DNA from: Podarcis melisellensis
Lineage: Eukaryota
Assembly (NCBI GenBank): GCA_964234715.1
Contig: OZ174278.1
DNA length: 64,000 nt
Strand: one strand, 5' to 3'
The notes under the pieces were generated by a model, which saw only the letters and a list, made by a program, of their open reading frames with translations, was not told the origin of the DNA and made no database searches. The position numbers were made by a program, and so were the translations under genes. Positions 11,480 through 22,520 of this stretch are shown here, in pieces. Within the stretch, counting starts at the first letter, position 1. The number at the start of each line of letters is the position of its first letter.

Positions 11480-13533
11480 TGTTTGAAATTGTTATCAAGT
11501 GTTTATTCATAAACTATATAAAAAAAATTACATGTGCTGGGATATATATGAGACCACAACCTGTCCCATTGTACAGTGATGCTGTGTTTATGAATATCTT
11601 TTGCCACTGCTTGCTGCCCAAAGGGGTAAGAATCAATATTCCATAAATAGATTTGTACAGTCCGTCATTTTGGCCTTCCAAGGTGCCAGCACACAAATGG
11701 ATCTGTACAAGGGCAATTATGCTCAACTGAACAACCCAGCAGTTCTCCAACTAAGATATTTTGGTTGAATTATGAAAATAAACCACCACCACCACTCCTG
11801 CTAAAATAAACAATTTCTACATGTCCCTCACTAATTAGTCCAATTAGTCATCCTAGCAGGAGGCTCTGTAGAATAATCATACATAAGAAGCAGCAACAAC
11901 AAAAAAATAGATCATATATATTTCTTTCTTTCCTGTACCGACTGATTGCCTTGGATTGTCTATTAGGTTTTGGTGATGATAGTGTTGATGATTTAATTTC
12001 AGTGGCTTGGATCCAAATTATGTGAGGCACACTTCAGTTCCACTGAAAGCAGTTGGACTTAAATTACTAAGCTGGTTTGTTGAATTCAATGGGTCTAAAG
12101 TGTGACAAACTGAATCTGGATCCCCCTTGGTGATTTCTGACATTCTCCAGAGGCCACAACAGCTTTGTGCAGAGTTTGGGAGGGGGGGGGGGCTAGAAAG
12201 AGCTCAGAATGCAGTGTAACACTTCTGAGCAAATCACAGACACAATTTAGTAGGAACCTGCTCTGGCAAATGTAGAGGATGCCTCAGACTGCAATTCTGT
12301 GCTCCGTGAGGCAGCTTCAATCCCCACTGAAGTCAGTAGGAGCATAGCTGTGTGCAGAAGAGCAGCCTATGTATCTGTCAGGTGTTTGCCCTTGCCATCA
12401 ACTCTATAGGACCATTTCACTCATGACACAGCAGCAAACCAGGCTTGGCCACCAAGTGTACACACGACAAAGAGCCACAACCAATCTGGTCTCTTTGCCG
12501 GATGGAGCTGCAAATTATGCATTTCTAGCACCTGTTTTGTCACATTTTTTTAGGTCTACATCTAGAAAAGGACATCGTAATGTGTGAAGAAGGCCCTGCT
12601 TTCTATTCCAGAGGGAAGTTTAACCACATACAGTAAGTAAGCATTCCGGAGGAATGGAGCCTCAAAGAGTGAAGAAAATGCTACCATGTATATAAAAATA
12701 GGAGCTACAATAAAATAATTTTTTTTTGTATATATTTCAATAAGTTATTTTTACTAACCAGTTATGGATCATATATCTCTGAACTCTTTATTGATTTGTC
12801 CACATCTAGGGTGATCCTTTTAAAGATCATAATATTGGTTTTTAATTCAAAAGTCCAGAAACATACAAATACATCCTCTTTTCTTTTTCCTTAAAAAAGG
12901 GGAGTGGGGTGGGGGGACCAAACGACCTTGTATTAAAGTCAGGGTGTGCCAATCTCTCTCTCTCCCCTGCCCACCCTCCCCAAAGCCATCCATGCCTCAG
13001 AAGGGAACTTGGTGCCCAGCACTGTTGAACTGAGGTGAGGGAGGGGGGAATTGTCAGCAGTGAATATTCAACATAAAGAACGAGATAAAATGATTTATGT
13101 GACCTTTTCAACATCGTCATATGAGACAACACTCTCTTTAAAACAAAAAACAAACAAAAAAAACCCCACATCCCAATTCCTCCTTTTTAGCATCACACAA
13201 GTGCAAGAACAAATGCTGTGTCTAGTTCGCTCGATTGATTGATTCCTACTGGCTGTGAGGAGGTTAAAAAAAGAAGAAACAAAAATAAAAATAAAGAGGG
13301 CAGGGAGAAAGAGAGAAAGATCTATAACTATGGAATCAGCACACCCTTTCGGTAACTTTCCCCAAAGCTGGAAACTTCTGTGCCAAGGCACTTCACCTTC
13401 CAACAACATGAAGCAAAGGCGGATTTGGGGAGGGACGGGATGTGGAGGAGAGTAGATCAACAGTGTGTTTCTTTGTGTGTGGTTATTAAATACAAATGCT
13501 CTGGGTGGGAGGACGGGAATAGAGGAGGAGGTC
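11480..13533 (-). other. Probable SLITRK5 3' UTR with poly(A) signals
   Basis: Minus-strand AATAAA at 12787-12792 and 11502-11507; U-rich segments; no young TE recognised. Confidence 0.55.
12008..12123. repeat. Ancient palindromic MITE-like element inside the probable 3' UTR
   Basis: ggatccaaatt...aatctggatcc ends with an internal ttcaatggg motif; similar hairpin repeat near 2068-2150. Confidence 0.4.
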
Positions 13534-16419
13534 TCAGAACTGACTGAATGTGGTCTGTTTTTCCAACACTTCGAGGTAGTCCGGCTCTGCGTTTAGTTTT
13601 GCTTTTAGCTCCAGGTATTCGTTCCTGTTGGGCTCCACGTAAACAGTGCTTGGGGGGGTGTAGAGCACTGTTTCCCGGAGCCGACTGTCCCCCGGGCCGG
13701 GATGCAAATAGGGGTGAGGGGGGCGCCTAAGGTCATAGTTAGGGGAGTAAGTGTAGGCAGTTGGGGGGAACTTAGGGTACTCAGGGAGGTTGCTGCCCCC
13801 CAAAGTGGAAGAAGGGTGTTTGTCGGGCTCCAAAATGCCCCTGTAAAAACGATCAGCATCCTGGACAGGGGAAAGCAACTCGTCCCGAGGCTCAATGGTG
13901 CTCACACTGTATGTGGGGCTCCGGAGGGTCTCCTCTTGCCCCCCCGGAGCTGCTTGGGGCTGCCCCAAGGCCTGTGGGGGTGGTGGGGGTTGGGGCTGGA
14001 GGTGATGGTTGCTGTAGGTCACCTTGAGCTCATGGAGATCTTTGTAATCCTCACCAGCATTGCCCTCTCTGGAGCGGTAGATTGGGTTCTTGCACATGTG
14101 ACCTAAAGGATGAGGGATGTATTCATAGACGTGTCCCGCGGGGGTTTTCACCTTGGGCAAAGCCGGACCACCACCTCCTCCTCCATGGTGAAGATGCTGT
14201 GGATGCTGTTGGTGATGGGAGTGTGGGTGCGAATGGGGGGCTCCCCCTCCTGTGTACACACTGTACTGCATGTTGAAAGAGCTCACATCCGAGTTGTTGG
14301 TGCTGGCATGGTCGCCTTGGACCTTCTTCCTGCGCTTCATCACCAGCACAAAGAGACCTGCGGCCACAAATACAGACATGATGAAAACCAGCAGTAAGCT
14401 GAGGATCAACACTGACAAAGGCACCGTGGAAGAAGAGGAGGAAGACGAGCCACCAGAAGGTGATGCCGAGTCATCCTCCTCCAAGGTGCTATTGATCTGC
14501 CCGGAGTTGGAAAAGGGGGTGGTCTTGGCTGGTCCCTGCATGGATGATGGAGTGGGTGTGGAAACAATGATGTCAGAGTAGTCTGGGCACAGCAGTTCTG
14601 CTTTGATGTTCCTCATGTAATTCTGAGCAAATTTCTTAGGGGATTCACAGATTACCTGGTCCACAAGGACTCCTGTGTTGAGTTGCTCGATCCACAACTT
14701 CATGCCCACCACGTCGCATGTACAATCCCATGGGTTCTCGTGGAGATCTATCTGCAGGAGGGATTTCAGCTGGTCAAGCACTCCACTTACAGGAAGGTAG
14801 GAGAAATGGTTGCTTCTCAGGTTCAACCTGTAGAGAGTTAAGCCAGAAAAAATGCCTCCAGGTAAAGATCTCAGCAGGTTGTTGTTGAGAAACAAGAGCT
14901 GTAAATTGGGCACAGGGTCAAAAGTGCCTGGCTCAATCTCCCGGATTACGTTATATTGCAGGAAGAGGTACTGCAAACTCTGAAGCCCATAGAAAAGCTC
15001 TGGGTTCAGTTTTTCAATCCGGTTCCCATTCAGGTAGAGCCTCCTCAAGTTAGTTAGATCCTCAAAGGCCCGATCCTGAATGACCGAGATGCGGTTATTG
15101 CCCAGGTGAAGCAAATCCAAGCCAGTAGCATCCAGGAAATCCGACCTACGCACCAGGGCAATGTAGTTCTCAGTCAGGTACATCTTCTTCGGGTTGTACG
15201 GCTTGGGTTGGAGCTCTGAGATGCTCTCAATCTTCCTTTCTTGGCAGTTGACGTTGAGACCCAAATCGGAGATCTGTAGGTTGCAAGTGCAAGCTGTGGG
15301 ACACTCCAAAGGCACCGGGGATTTGGTCTGGTAAGCAATGCTGGGGCCATAGTTGCTGTATCCCAGATCCTTGGAGGGCAAGCGGGAGGTAGGACGCACC
15401 CTGGACTTGTTGGGTTGGCGGGTCCCTTTGGGCTTCAAGGGCGATTTGTAAACAGCCGAGGAAGAAGTAGCCACAGAGTTTACAGAGGCTGGTGTGGTAT
15501 GAAAATACCCTGTGGTGCTCAGCGGGGTCTGTGGCCTCATCTCATAATCGGAGATGAGCCTCCTAGGACAAAGCTCCTGCTTGGAAACCTCATCCAAATC
15601 CCTCCCATGTAAACGGAAAGGGGTTTCGCAGACTACATCCCCCACCAGGGCTGAATAGGATATGCTGTCCAACCAATCTTTGAGAGCTATCAGCTCACAG
15701 GAGCAGTTCCACGGGTTCTCCTCCAGCTGCAGCTCCACCACCTTATCCATGTGCTGCAGGAGGCCCAAGTAGGGAAGGAGTTTTAGCCGGTTGCCCCTCA
15801 AATCGAGATGAGTCAAGGGCACAAAACGGAACAGGTTGTTGGGCAACGAAGAGAGGAGGTTGTCGTTCAGAATCAGCACCTGCAACAGGTGCAGCTTGCT
15901 GAAAGCACTGGGTTCGATAGCGCTGATATAATTGTAATCAACTTGCAGGTACTCCAAGCTCTCCAGCCCTACGAAAGTGTCATCCCTCAGTATTTCCAGC
16001 TTGTTGTTGTTCAAGTGCAGCCTCCTCAAGCCCCTCAGCCCATGAAAGGCTCCTGTCTCGATATCTTGGATGTCATTGCCACCCAGGTGCAAAATCGAAG
16101 CCCCACTGTAATTGACAAACTGGTTGGGGTAGAGCCTGTTGAGAAGATTCCCAGACAGCAGGAGATGGTAGATGGAGAATTTGGGGGGGCTGATCTCAGA
16201 GAGGTTGATGATCCCACGGTTCTCACAGCTGACCGTCAAGATGCCATCCTTCTCCTCACAAGGGCATTTGTTATCACAGATCTCCCCATAATACTCAATG
16301 CTTTCTGCCCACGCCAGGACTAGAGATGTTAAAGCAAAGGCTATGGTTTGTACCATCCAGATATGCATTTTCCTGTTGAGATCCTGCTCCAGTGTCACCG
16401 TAGAGCAGCAAGCATACAT
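13534..16419 (-). CDS. SLITRK5: SLIT and NTRK-like protein 5 (type I membrane LRR synaptic adhesion protein), 961 aa, single coding exon
   Basis: Intact ORF with signal peptide (MHIWMVQTIAFALTSLVLAWAES), two LRR clusters each closed by NPWxCxC, TM segment VPLSVLILSLLLVFIMSVFVAAGLFVLVM followed by KRRKK, and C-terminus ELKAKLNAEPDYLEVLEKQTTFSQF. The N-terminus MYACCSTVTLEQDLNRKM matches the SLITRK5-type MxxCCxxVTLEQDLxRKM as I recall it. Start set at ATG 16419 because the 15 extra residues in the ORF track come mostly from intron sequence. Confidence 0.97.
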   Translation of the reverse strand: MYACCSTVTLEQDLNRKMHIWMVQTIAFALTSLVLAWAESIEYYGEICDNKCPCEEKDGILTVSCENRGIINLSEISPPKFSIYHLLLSGNLLNRLYPNQFVNYSGASILHLGGNDIQDIETGAFHGLRGLRRLHLNNNKLEILRDDTFVGLESLEYLQVDYNYISAIEPSAFSKLHLLQVLILNDNLLSSLPNNLFRFVPLTHLDLRGNRLKLLPYLGLLQHMDKVVELQLEENPWNCSCELIALKDWLDSISYSALVGDVVCETPFRLHGRDLDEVSKQELCPRRLISDYEMRPQTPLSTTGYFHTTPASVNSVATSSSAVYKSPLKPKGTRQPNKSRVRPTSRLPSKDLGYSNYGPSIAYQTKSPVPLECPTACTCNLQISDLGLNVNCQERKIESISELQPKPYNPKKMYLTENYIALVRRSDFLDATGLDLLHLGNNRISVIQDRAFEDLTNLRRLYLNGNRIEKLNPELFYGLQSLQYLFLQYNVIREIEPGTFDPVPNLQLLFLNNNLLRSLPGGIFSGLTLYRLNLRSNHFSYLPVSGVLDQLKSLLQIDLHENPWDCTCDVVGMKLWIEQLNTGVLVDQVICESPKKFAQNYMRNIKAELLCPDYSDIIVSTPTPSSMQGPAKTTPFSNSGQINSTLEEDDSASPSGGSSSSSSSTVPLSVLILSLLLVFIMSVFVAAGLFVLVMKRRKKVQGDHASTNNSDVSSFNMQYSVYTGGGAPHSHPHSHHQQHPQHLHHGGGGGGPALPKVKTPAGHVYEYIPHPLGHMCKNPIYRSREGNAGEDYKDLHELKVTYSNHHLQPQPPPPPQALGQPQAAPGGQEETLRSPTYSVSTIEPRDELLSPVQDADRFYRGILEPDKHPSSTLGGSNLPEYPKFPPTAYTYSPNYDLRRPPHPYLHPGPGDSRLRETVLYTPPSTVYVEPNRNEYLELKAKLNAEPDYLEVLEKQTTFSQF

Positions 16420-16427
16420 GTTATCTC

Positions 16428-16460
16428 CTGCGGAGGGCAAGAAGAAAGAACAAAACACCA
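16428..16460 (-). promoter_or_regulatory. Splice acceptor of the SLITRK5 coding exon
   Basis: Minus strand reads tgttttgttctttcttcttgccctccgcAG|GAGATAAC-ATG: polypyrimidine tract plus CAG, 8 nt before the start codon. Confidence 0.85.
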
Positions 16461-17434
16461 TCATGTCGTGAGGGCTGAAGCCTAGATCATGACAAAGTTA
16501 GGAGGCAAGGATGCAGAGGGACAGAATTTAGGTTGCTTGCCAAGGGTTTTGATTACAAGACACCCATCTAACTCTTGTTAAATAATAGCTATTAACTTAT
16601 TGATTTAGTACAGGTTTCCTGTCTTTCGAAAGGTAAAGTCACAACCCAAGTCCTTTATTCCTGGGAACGCATTTCAATATTTTGTTTTATTTATTTCTAT
16701 GGTGTTTTCCCCTCCCCCACTACACACACACACACACACACACTCCACAAATATACATAAAATGGCTGTCAGTTTAGTTATTTGGTTCTAATTTCAGAGA
16801 ACAGAAGCACCATTTTATGAGGTTTTCAACCTCACCTATTACCTACCCGGCAACCCTTCCCTTTCTTTCTCAGAACATTCAGAATGAACAGTGACCTGCA
16901 AAGGAAGGTCTCCCCCCATTTTTGGCAAGGCTAGCCTGCTCTCCGCATATATGGAGAAATGTAAAACCATTCCTTGAAATTCCACTGCAGGGGTCTATAG
17001 TACAAATGACTGTAAAGATAGAGGATGCCAACATTATTATTTTTAATCATTTTGAAAGTGGGGGGGGGGACAAACCCTGAAAAGGGTGGACCCCCACCCA
17101 AAAAACCTGATTTCCTAAACAGCTTTGCTCTATAAGCTTACACAAAATGTCAATCAACATCTCAATTTTTTAAGGGGGGGGGGAATCAAAAGTGATGAAA
17201 TTCTCCAGCCAAATAATTAAATATACGCCCCCTCGTCATCTCAAAGGCTTTTCTTTTTTGAAAGAAGGGGGAGGGGGAGACAGAGCAAGCCACTGGTGGA
17301 ATATTTATGAATTCTTATTAGAAGATCTTCTTAAAAGAAGTTATCATCGCCGCTTGCTTCTGGATTGATCGGCTGGTAAATGAGTTGTTTTCACAAGGGC
17401 ACTGGCAAAAAGGCAGCATTGCAACACAGATGCG

Positions 17435-17469
<35 letters not shown>

Positions 17470-18093
17470 TGAAAAGCATCATCCTTTAAGCCACTCACCC
17501 AGAATTTGGCAAACATGCTAGACTTGAGGAGCGTCCCTGCAGCCTCAGCCATATCTGAGCTACTGCTTCTTCTCCCACGCTTTGCAAAACTAGCCTAATT
17601 GCAATGGAGAGAGAGCTAAGTGGGTCTCAGAGAGCTAGATCATCAGCAAGTCCAGGAGCGGTGGAATTGCTGCTTCTCAGCTACCATGGCTGTCAGCACT
17701 CTCCATCCTTCTGAGAAGGCATCCAAGGGAGGTGGATTGGGGAATACCCCTCAAAAAACTCATCCACTTGCACTCCCCTCAACCTGTATCTGATCTCTGA
17801 ACGGCATCCAGACAGAAAGACCATCCCAATTTCTTTTCCCCTCTCAAAGCCTTTCTGTCTTCCCCCTAAAGGGTCCTTCTACTTGTGTCTGAACACAATA
17901 AATATCTAGACAGAGGATGGATGGAAGCTCCGTGGGCAGCATGTGGGGTTGGGGGGGTGGATTAATAAGTCGCCCAGCGTTAATCAATGACTTTTGGTTT
18001 GTTATTATTGCTTTTTAGAAAGAGGATGGCTTGGATATGTTCAGGTCAACCTTCCCACAAGTCCAAGAACGTTTGAATTTGGAGGATCCTAGA

Positions 18094-18095
<2 letters not shown>

Positions 18096-18142
<47 letters not shown>
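18096..18142. repeat. (TC)n microsatellite
   Basis: Visible directly; intronic. Confidence 0.95.
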
Positions 18143-18148
<6 letters not shown>

Positions 18149-18734
18149 ATGTTTCTAAGCATCCCTCACAGATTGACAAGCATCCGTCTAGGTGCAAGCA
18201 TTTTGCAGTAGAACAGAACCCAGACACATTAGGGTAGAAGTCTTTGCTTCACCAGCGGAATGAATGGTTTGGCAAAAAGGCATGTCTCCCTCTCTGCGTT
18301 AAGCAAGAAGTCAAGCTGGGAGGGGGAACCTCCCCCCCCCCAAAAAAAACCCCTTGACTTCTAACACAATTCTCAGGTCCAGCAGAGCTATTCATCCATT
18401 AGCTGCCTGCTTCTCGGAGAACCATATCGCAAATAAGTAGGTAGCTAAATAAATAAATGCATCCTTTCAGACCGTTTTTATTTATTTTTTTAAGGGAAGA
18501 AAACCACCCAAGGCTTTATTTGAATCGGAGGTAGCAAGAGCAACGAAATAATTTGCATGTCTTCCTCCCTGCACCTTCTCCGGTGTTCAGAATCGTGGAG
18601 GGGATAGAGAAGAGGACATGAGACAAATAAAGTTGAATGTGGCATAGAGAGGATTGCTCCAGAGATCTGGTTCGCAAAGGCTAGAAAAAAGGGATGGAGA
18701 AACAGCTAAGTGGAATGTGTTTCTGTGTGTGGAA

Positions 18735-18736
<2 letters not shown>

Positions 18737-18802
<66 letters not shown>
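18737..18802. repeat. (GA)n microsatellite
   Basis: About 33 uninterrupted GA units next to the CpG island. Confidence 0.95.
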
Positions 18803-18805
<3 letters not shown>

Positions 18806-19086
18806 CGAAAAGGAGGAGGGGTGAAATTCTTGTTCCAGTGCTCCTCTTTCCAGTGCCCCCTTCCCCGGGGAGGGGAAAAAAATGAGTTCCACCCCTAATA
18901 TTACCGCACTGAAGCAACCGCCTCGGTTTGCAAGCAAAAAGCTGGGGGCAGTGGTGTTGCTTTGCAAAAAAGAAAAAAGGAAAGGGGGGTGTAGGGGAGC
19001 CAAGAGCAACAAGGAGACATGGATCAACGCTCTCCGACCCCCCCCCCCACCGTCGCCCAGTCCTCCTCCACCCCCTCGCTACTTAC

Positions 19087-19380
19087 TGAGGCAGAAATCT
19101 CCAGGGCCCAAGCATTGTTGCAACCCATAAAGCTGCCTCGCTCGCCCGCTCGGTGTGTGTTGCAAACCGCCCAGGCAGAGGCGAGCAGGGAAGGCGGTGG
19201 GGATTGCAGTTGGGAAGAGGCTGCCTGGCTAGCGGGGAGCGCACACATAGCCTTGCACACGCCGCTGAGCCTCTGCTACCAACCGCCCCCCCCCCCAACC
19301 AAGCCCGGACACACACACACGCGCGCGCACACAAACCAGCGGTGCCAAGGGCTGGCTCCCAATTCTCCCCTCCCCAGTAG
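19087..19380 (-). other. Candidate non-coding first exon B of SLITRK5
   Basis: Consensus donor CTCA|GTAAGT (plus acttac 19081-19086), CpG-rich, GC box at 19390-19399 just upstream. 5' end approximate. Confidence 0.5.
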
Positions 19381-20343
19381 CGGAAAGTAGGGGCGGGGGC
19401 TGCTGATGGGAGGGGTGAAGAAGGAGGGAGTGGAAGTATTACGGGGGGGGGAGGGAACTAGGGGTGTCTCCCCCCCAAAGGAAGCTAGCAAGTGGGTGGT
19501 ATTTTTTTTGGGGGGGGTGTTATCTGGAGAAGGGAGGTTTGCTGATGGGTGCCTAGTTTGAATGACAAGCAGGAGGGGTAAAGGAAAGGGTGATTTGGAG
19601 AGGTCTGGGTGCAAATCCTGTGTGGTGCTGAGGGAGGGGGGGGCGGTCTGGGGGCAGAGTGGCCAAAGGGTGAGAGAGAGATCCGGATGAGTTTTTGCAT
19701 GGGTGAGGGGCGCCCTGGGTGATTAGGAAGGGTGGGGAATCTGTAGTAAGGGGTGAAAAGAGGCAATTCGCTCCGTTGCTCGGATGGATCTGGGTCAGAG
19801 GCAGGGCAAAAAGACGGGGGTGGTTTGGAGAGGGGGGGTGGGAGGAGAGAGAAGTGTGCGCGCGTCTGGAGGGGAGTCGCAGGCAGGAGACGGTCTCCGC
19901 TGGATTTGGGGGGAGGCAAGTTGGAAGGGTAGGGCCCACGAGGAGGGAGAAGGCAGGAAGTGGGGGCTGGAGGGGGGGACAGTGGAGGGGGTCGTCCCTG
20001 AGAGATTCGGTAAGGAGGAAGAAGGGACAACCCCGGTTGGCGCGTGGGGGGGGGGAAGATAGGCGATCAAAGGGGGGGTCCTTGGGGTGCAGGAGGCCCT
20101 GAGCAAAGAAAACGCCATGGTGTGTGTTGGGGGGGGGGGAGATTGGGTGGAGGGTTAAATGCACGCATGGAGGGGGGGTACACAATCCCTGCTTCCTGCA
20201 GTCAACGGAATGGGCAGTCGCCACAAGTCTCTGTGCCCCCCCCCTCCGCCCCAGCATCCACACATGCCGACGCACCATCTCTCTTGGCGCGCATCTCCCT
20301 GTTCCCCCATCGCACCCAGCCTCCCGTTCCTGTTGGTACTTAC

Positions 20344-20545
20344 GCTTTCCATGGAAGAGGTCAACTTTCTCCCCGCTCAGCGGCCGCTGCTGGAGCCGAG
20401 GCTCCCCTCTCTCCTTCTCCTTCTCCTTCCTCCTCCTCTTCCTCCTCCTCCTCCTTTCCTCAGCGCTGGTCTCCTCGCCTGCTCGCTCACACCATTTCCC
20501 AGCGCCCGGGGCTGATGCCACTCGGAGGAGCCTTGGCAGAGAGAC
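20344..20545 (-). other. Candidate non-coding first exon A of SLITRK5
   Basis: Consensus donor AAGC|GTAAGT (plus acttac 20338-20343); TATA-like TTAAA (20566-20570) next to a GC box (20559-20565) about 30 nt upstream of a pyrimidine-rich start region. 5' end approximate. Confidence 0.5.
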
Positions 20546-22179
20546 AGGACCCGGCGAGCCGCCCCTTTAAGCCTCCTCTTTTTCTTCTTGCAGCGCGCTC
20601 TGGACATGGTAGGGCTGGCGACCAGCGCGCAGGGAACCCGTCTTCCCCGGCGGCGGTGGCGCCTGCTCTCCTCGCCGATCCTTCCCCGGGAGCCCCCGCC
20701 GTCGATCCCCCTCCGCTTGGGAATGATGGTCCTCCTCCGATCTCAAAAGCTCTGGTGGCACTCTCTGATGCATTCCACCTCAAGCCCGTCCCAGGTATTT
20801 CCCCCGGACTGGTGGGGAAATCAAAACAACATCGAGAATAATGACAGTAGCAATCGTAAGAAGAAGGAAGGGGGGAAAAAAACCTTGCAACCTCGCCTTG
20901 CTATCTCTATCCACCGATGCCGGCTTCAGCGAGCGCGCGCAAGCCTTTCCGCATCTCTTTCCCAGGAGAGCGCAAAGAAGCGGAGATCTGGGGGAGGCTG
21001 GCTCCAGGGGCGCCCCAGCCAAGAACTGCCATCAACTTGCCTTCTTCGCCTCTCCCCACTTGCAAAGAAAAGGAGCTAGCAGGAGGGGAGGGGAGGGGAG
21101 AGGCCCTACGAGCCAAGAGAGGGTTTCCACAGGAAGGGGAAAGAGAGAGAGCAAGCAAATATAGCCAGTTATTCTGTATGGAGCTGCTGTTCTAGCCAAG
21201 CTGCCACAGACACAGTGGAGCTGGAGAGCTCCGAGGGGGAGGAGAAAGAGAAAAGGCAGCAATAGCAATCCGGATATTGGCGGCCAATAGATGGCAGTGT
21301 TAGGCATCAAATTGGCATTCTTCAGGAATGCTCACTTAGCTTGAAGCAAAAGCAGGGGGGGAGTTCTCCCCCTTTCTCTCTCTCTCTTATTTTGATTTTT
21401 TCGCTGTGATGATGCTGATGATTCCTAAGCACGGAGATCAGCCTTGTTTCATGTTTTACACAGGCGGGAGTACTGTGTAAGGGGACCTTGTTGCCAGAGA
21501 ATCAGAGGACAGGGAGAGGAATCTGCTGGAGAAGGAACAACAAATCACACCAGGTTTTCCTGATGGAGTGACCCCTTTTCTTTCCTTGCCAGCTGGCAGA
21601 ATTGCGGGAGGCAACGTGCTAAATATGGCCAGTGAATATTTTATGACATTAAAAGTTGTCAGCAACACTTCTTGGTGGTGCGGTTTTTTTGTGTTGTTGG
21701 CTTTGGAAACACCCTTCTGAATGTTAAAACACGACATTGCGGGTCTTTTTTATGTTTACATTTTGAATAGGAACAAGTTGTTGTGTCAGCTTTGGAAACC
21801 AATCTGCAGGTTCAGAAGAATATACAACAAATCTCACAGATCCACCTGTGCACATTCGTGCAGTATAGCCACTGGTGCGTAGTGATTGTGGGCATCTGGA
21901 AACATATTTGCACTGGATATATAGAGCATGGAAAACTGCAGTGGGTAGAGAGTATGAAACATTCAGAGGAGCAGGGCACCTAGGTTCAGCTCCAAAAGTC
22001 TTTTGACAAAGAGCCGAACAAATGCAGTCTGCTCTGCCAAAACTCCCAAGGAAGATTGTGGCATCCAGAATGAATTCTGCAATCTCAGAGCATGCTCAGG
22101 GAGGCCTAACCTCTGTGCATGTTCCCAAAATGTCCAACATGCATGCAAGATGGATGACAATGCAACTGCCTGCATGGAA

Positions 22180-22520
22180 TGTTAAAGGCCTAATCACACA
22201 CAAGCTATGAGCTATAAGCACAACCAGGGGGACACCCCTGAGCCATTCTATGCTTCATATGTTCCAGAACCTCCAGTAATACCCCCTCCTCAATATGCAG
22301 GAGGCCATTAGGCATGAAATATGGCAATAATGTGGACCTGGGATGTCCTCAGCTGCTCCACCATGTCCCGTCTCCCATCTCTTCTGTTTTCTGTGTCTTA
22401 CCAGAAGGCAGAAAGGTCTGAGTCCATTCTCTCTAATAAAACACTTCTACCCCTTGTGAGTCTTGGGTTACTCTGTGGGGAAGTGTAAGTAACCCCTTAG
22501 CCCCTTCCTCTCTTTTAACT
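22180..22520 (+). mobile_element. Possible old solo LTR
   Basis: TGTTAAAG...TTTTAACt ends and AATAAA at 22435; no TSD found. Confidence 0.3.

Larger units (their letters stand above)
18860..21130. promoter_or_regulatory. CpG island / promoter region of SLITRK5
   Basis: High GC with abundant CG, CGCG and GCGGCCGC, in contrast to CpG-depleted flanks; 2.5-4.7 kb upstream of the coding exon. Confidence 0.85.

Noticed and set aside
13548-16323. Plus-strand and alternate-frame ORFs over SLITRK5 (up to 171 aa)
   Set aside because: Shadow ORFs expected from codon bias of the real CDS; no recognisable domains.
16420-16464. N-terminal extension MMVFCSFFLPSAGDN in the 976-aa ORF call
   Set aside because: It translates the polypyrimidine tract, splice acceptor and 8-nt UTR; similarity to SLITRK5 starts at MYACC.
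19610-19632. REST/RE1-like motif (minus TCAGCACCAC)
   Set aside because: Only the left half-site; no properly spaced GGACAG half.
18587-21310. Many long ORFs (up to 322 aa) in the CpG island
   Set aside because: Stop-codon scarcity in GC-rich and microsatellite DNA; low-complexity Pro/Gly/Arg or ER/SL products in all six frames.
21331-21450. Third possible upstream exon (minus donor CTAA|GTGAGC)
   Set aside because: Weaker donor outside the CpG-rich core, with no supporting promoter signal.
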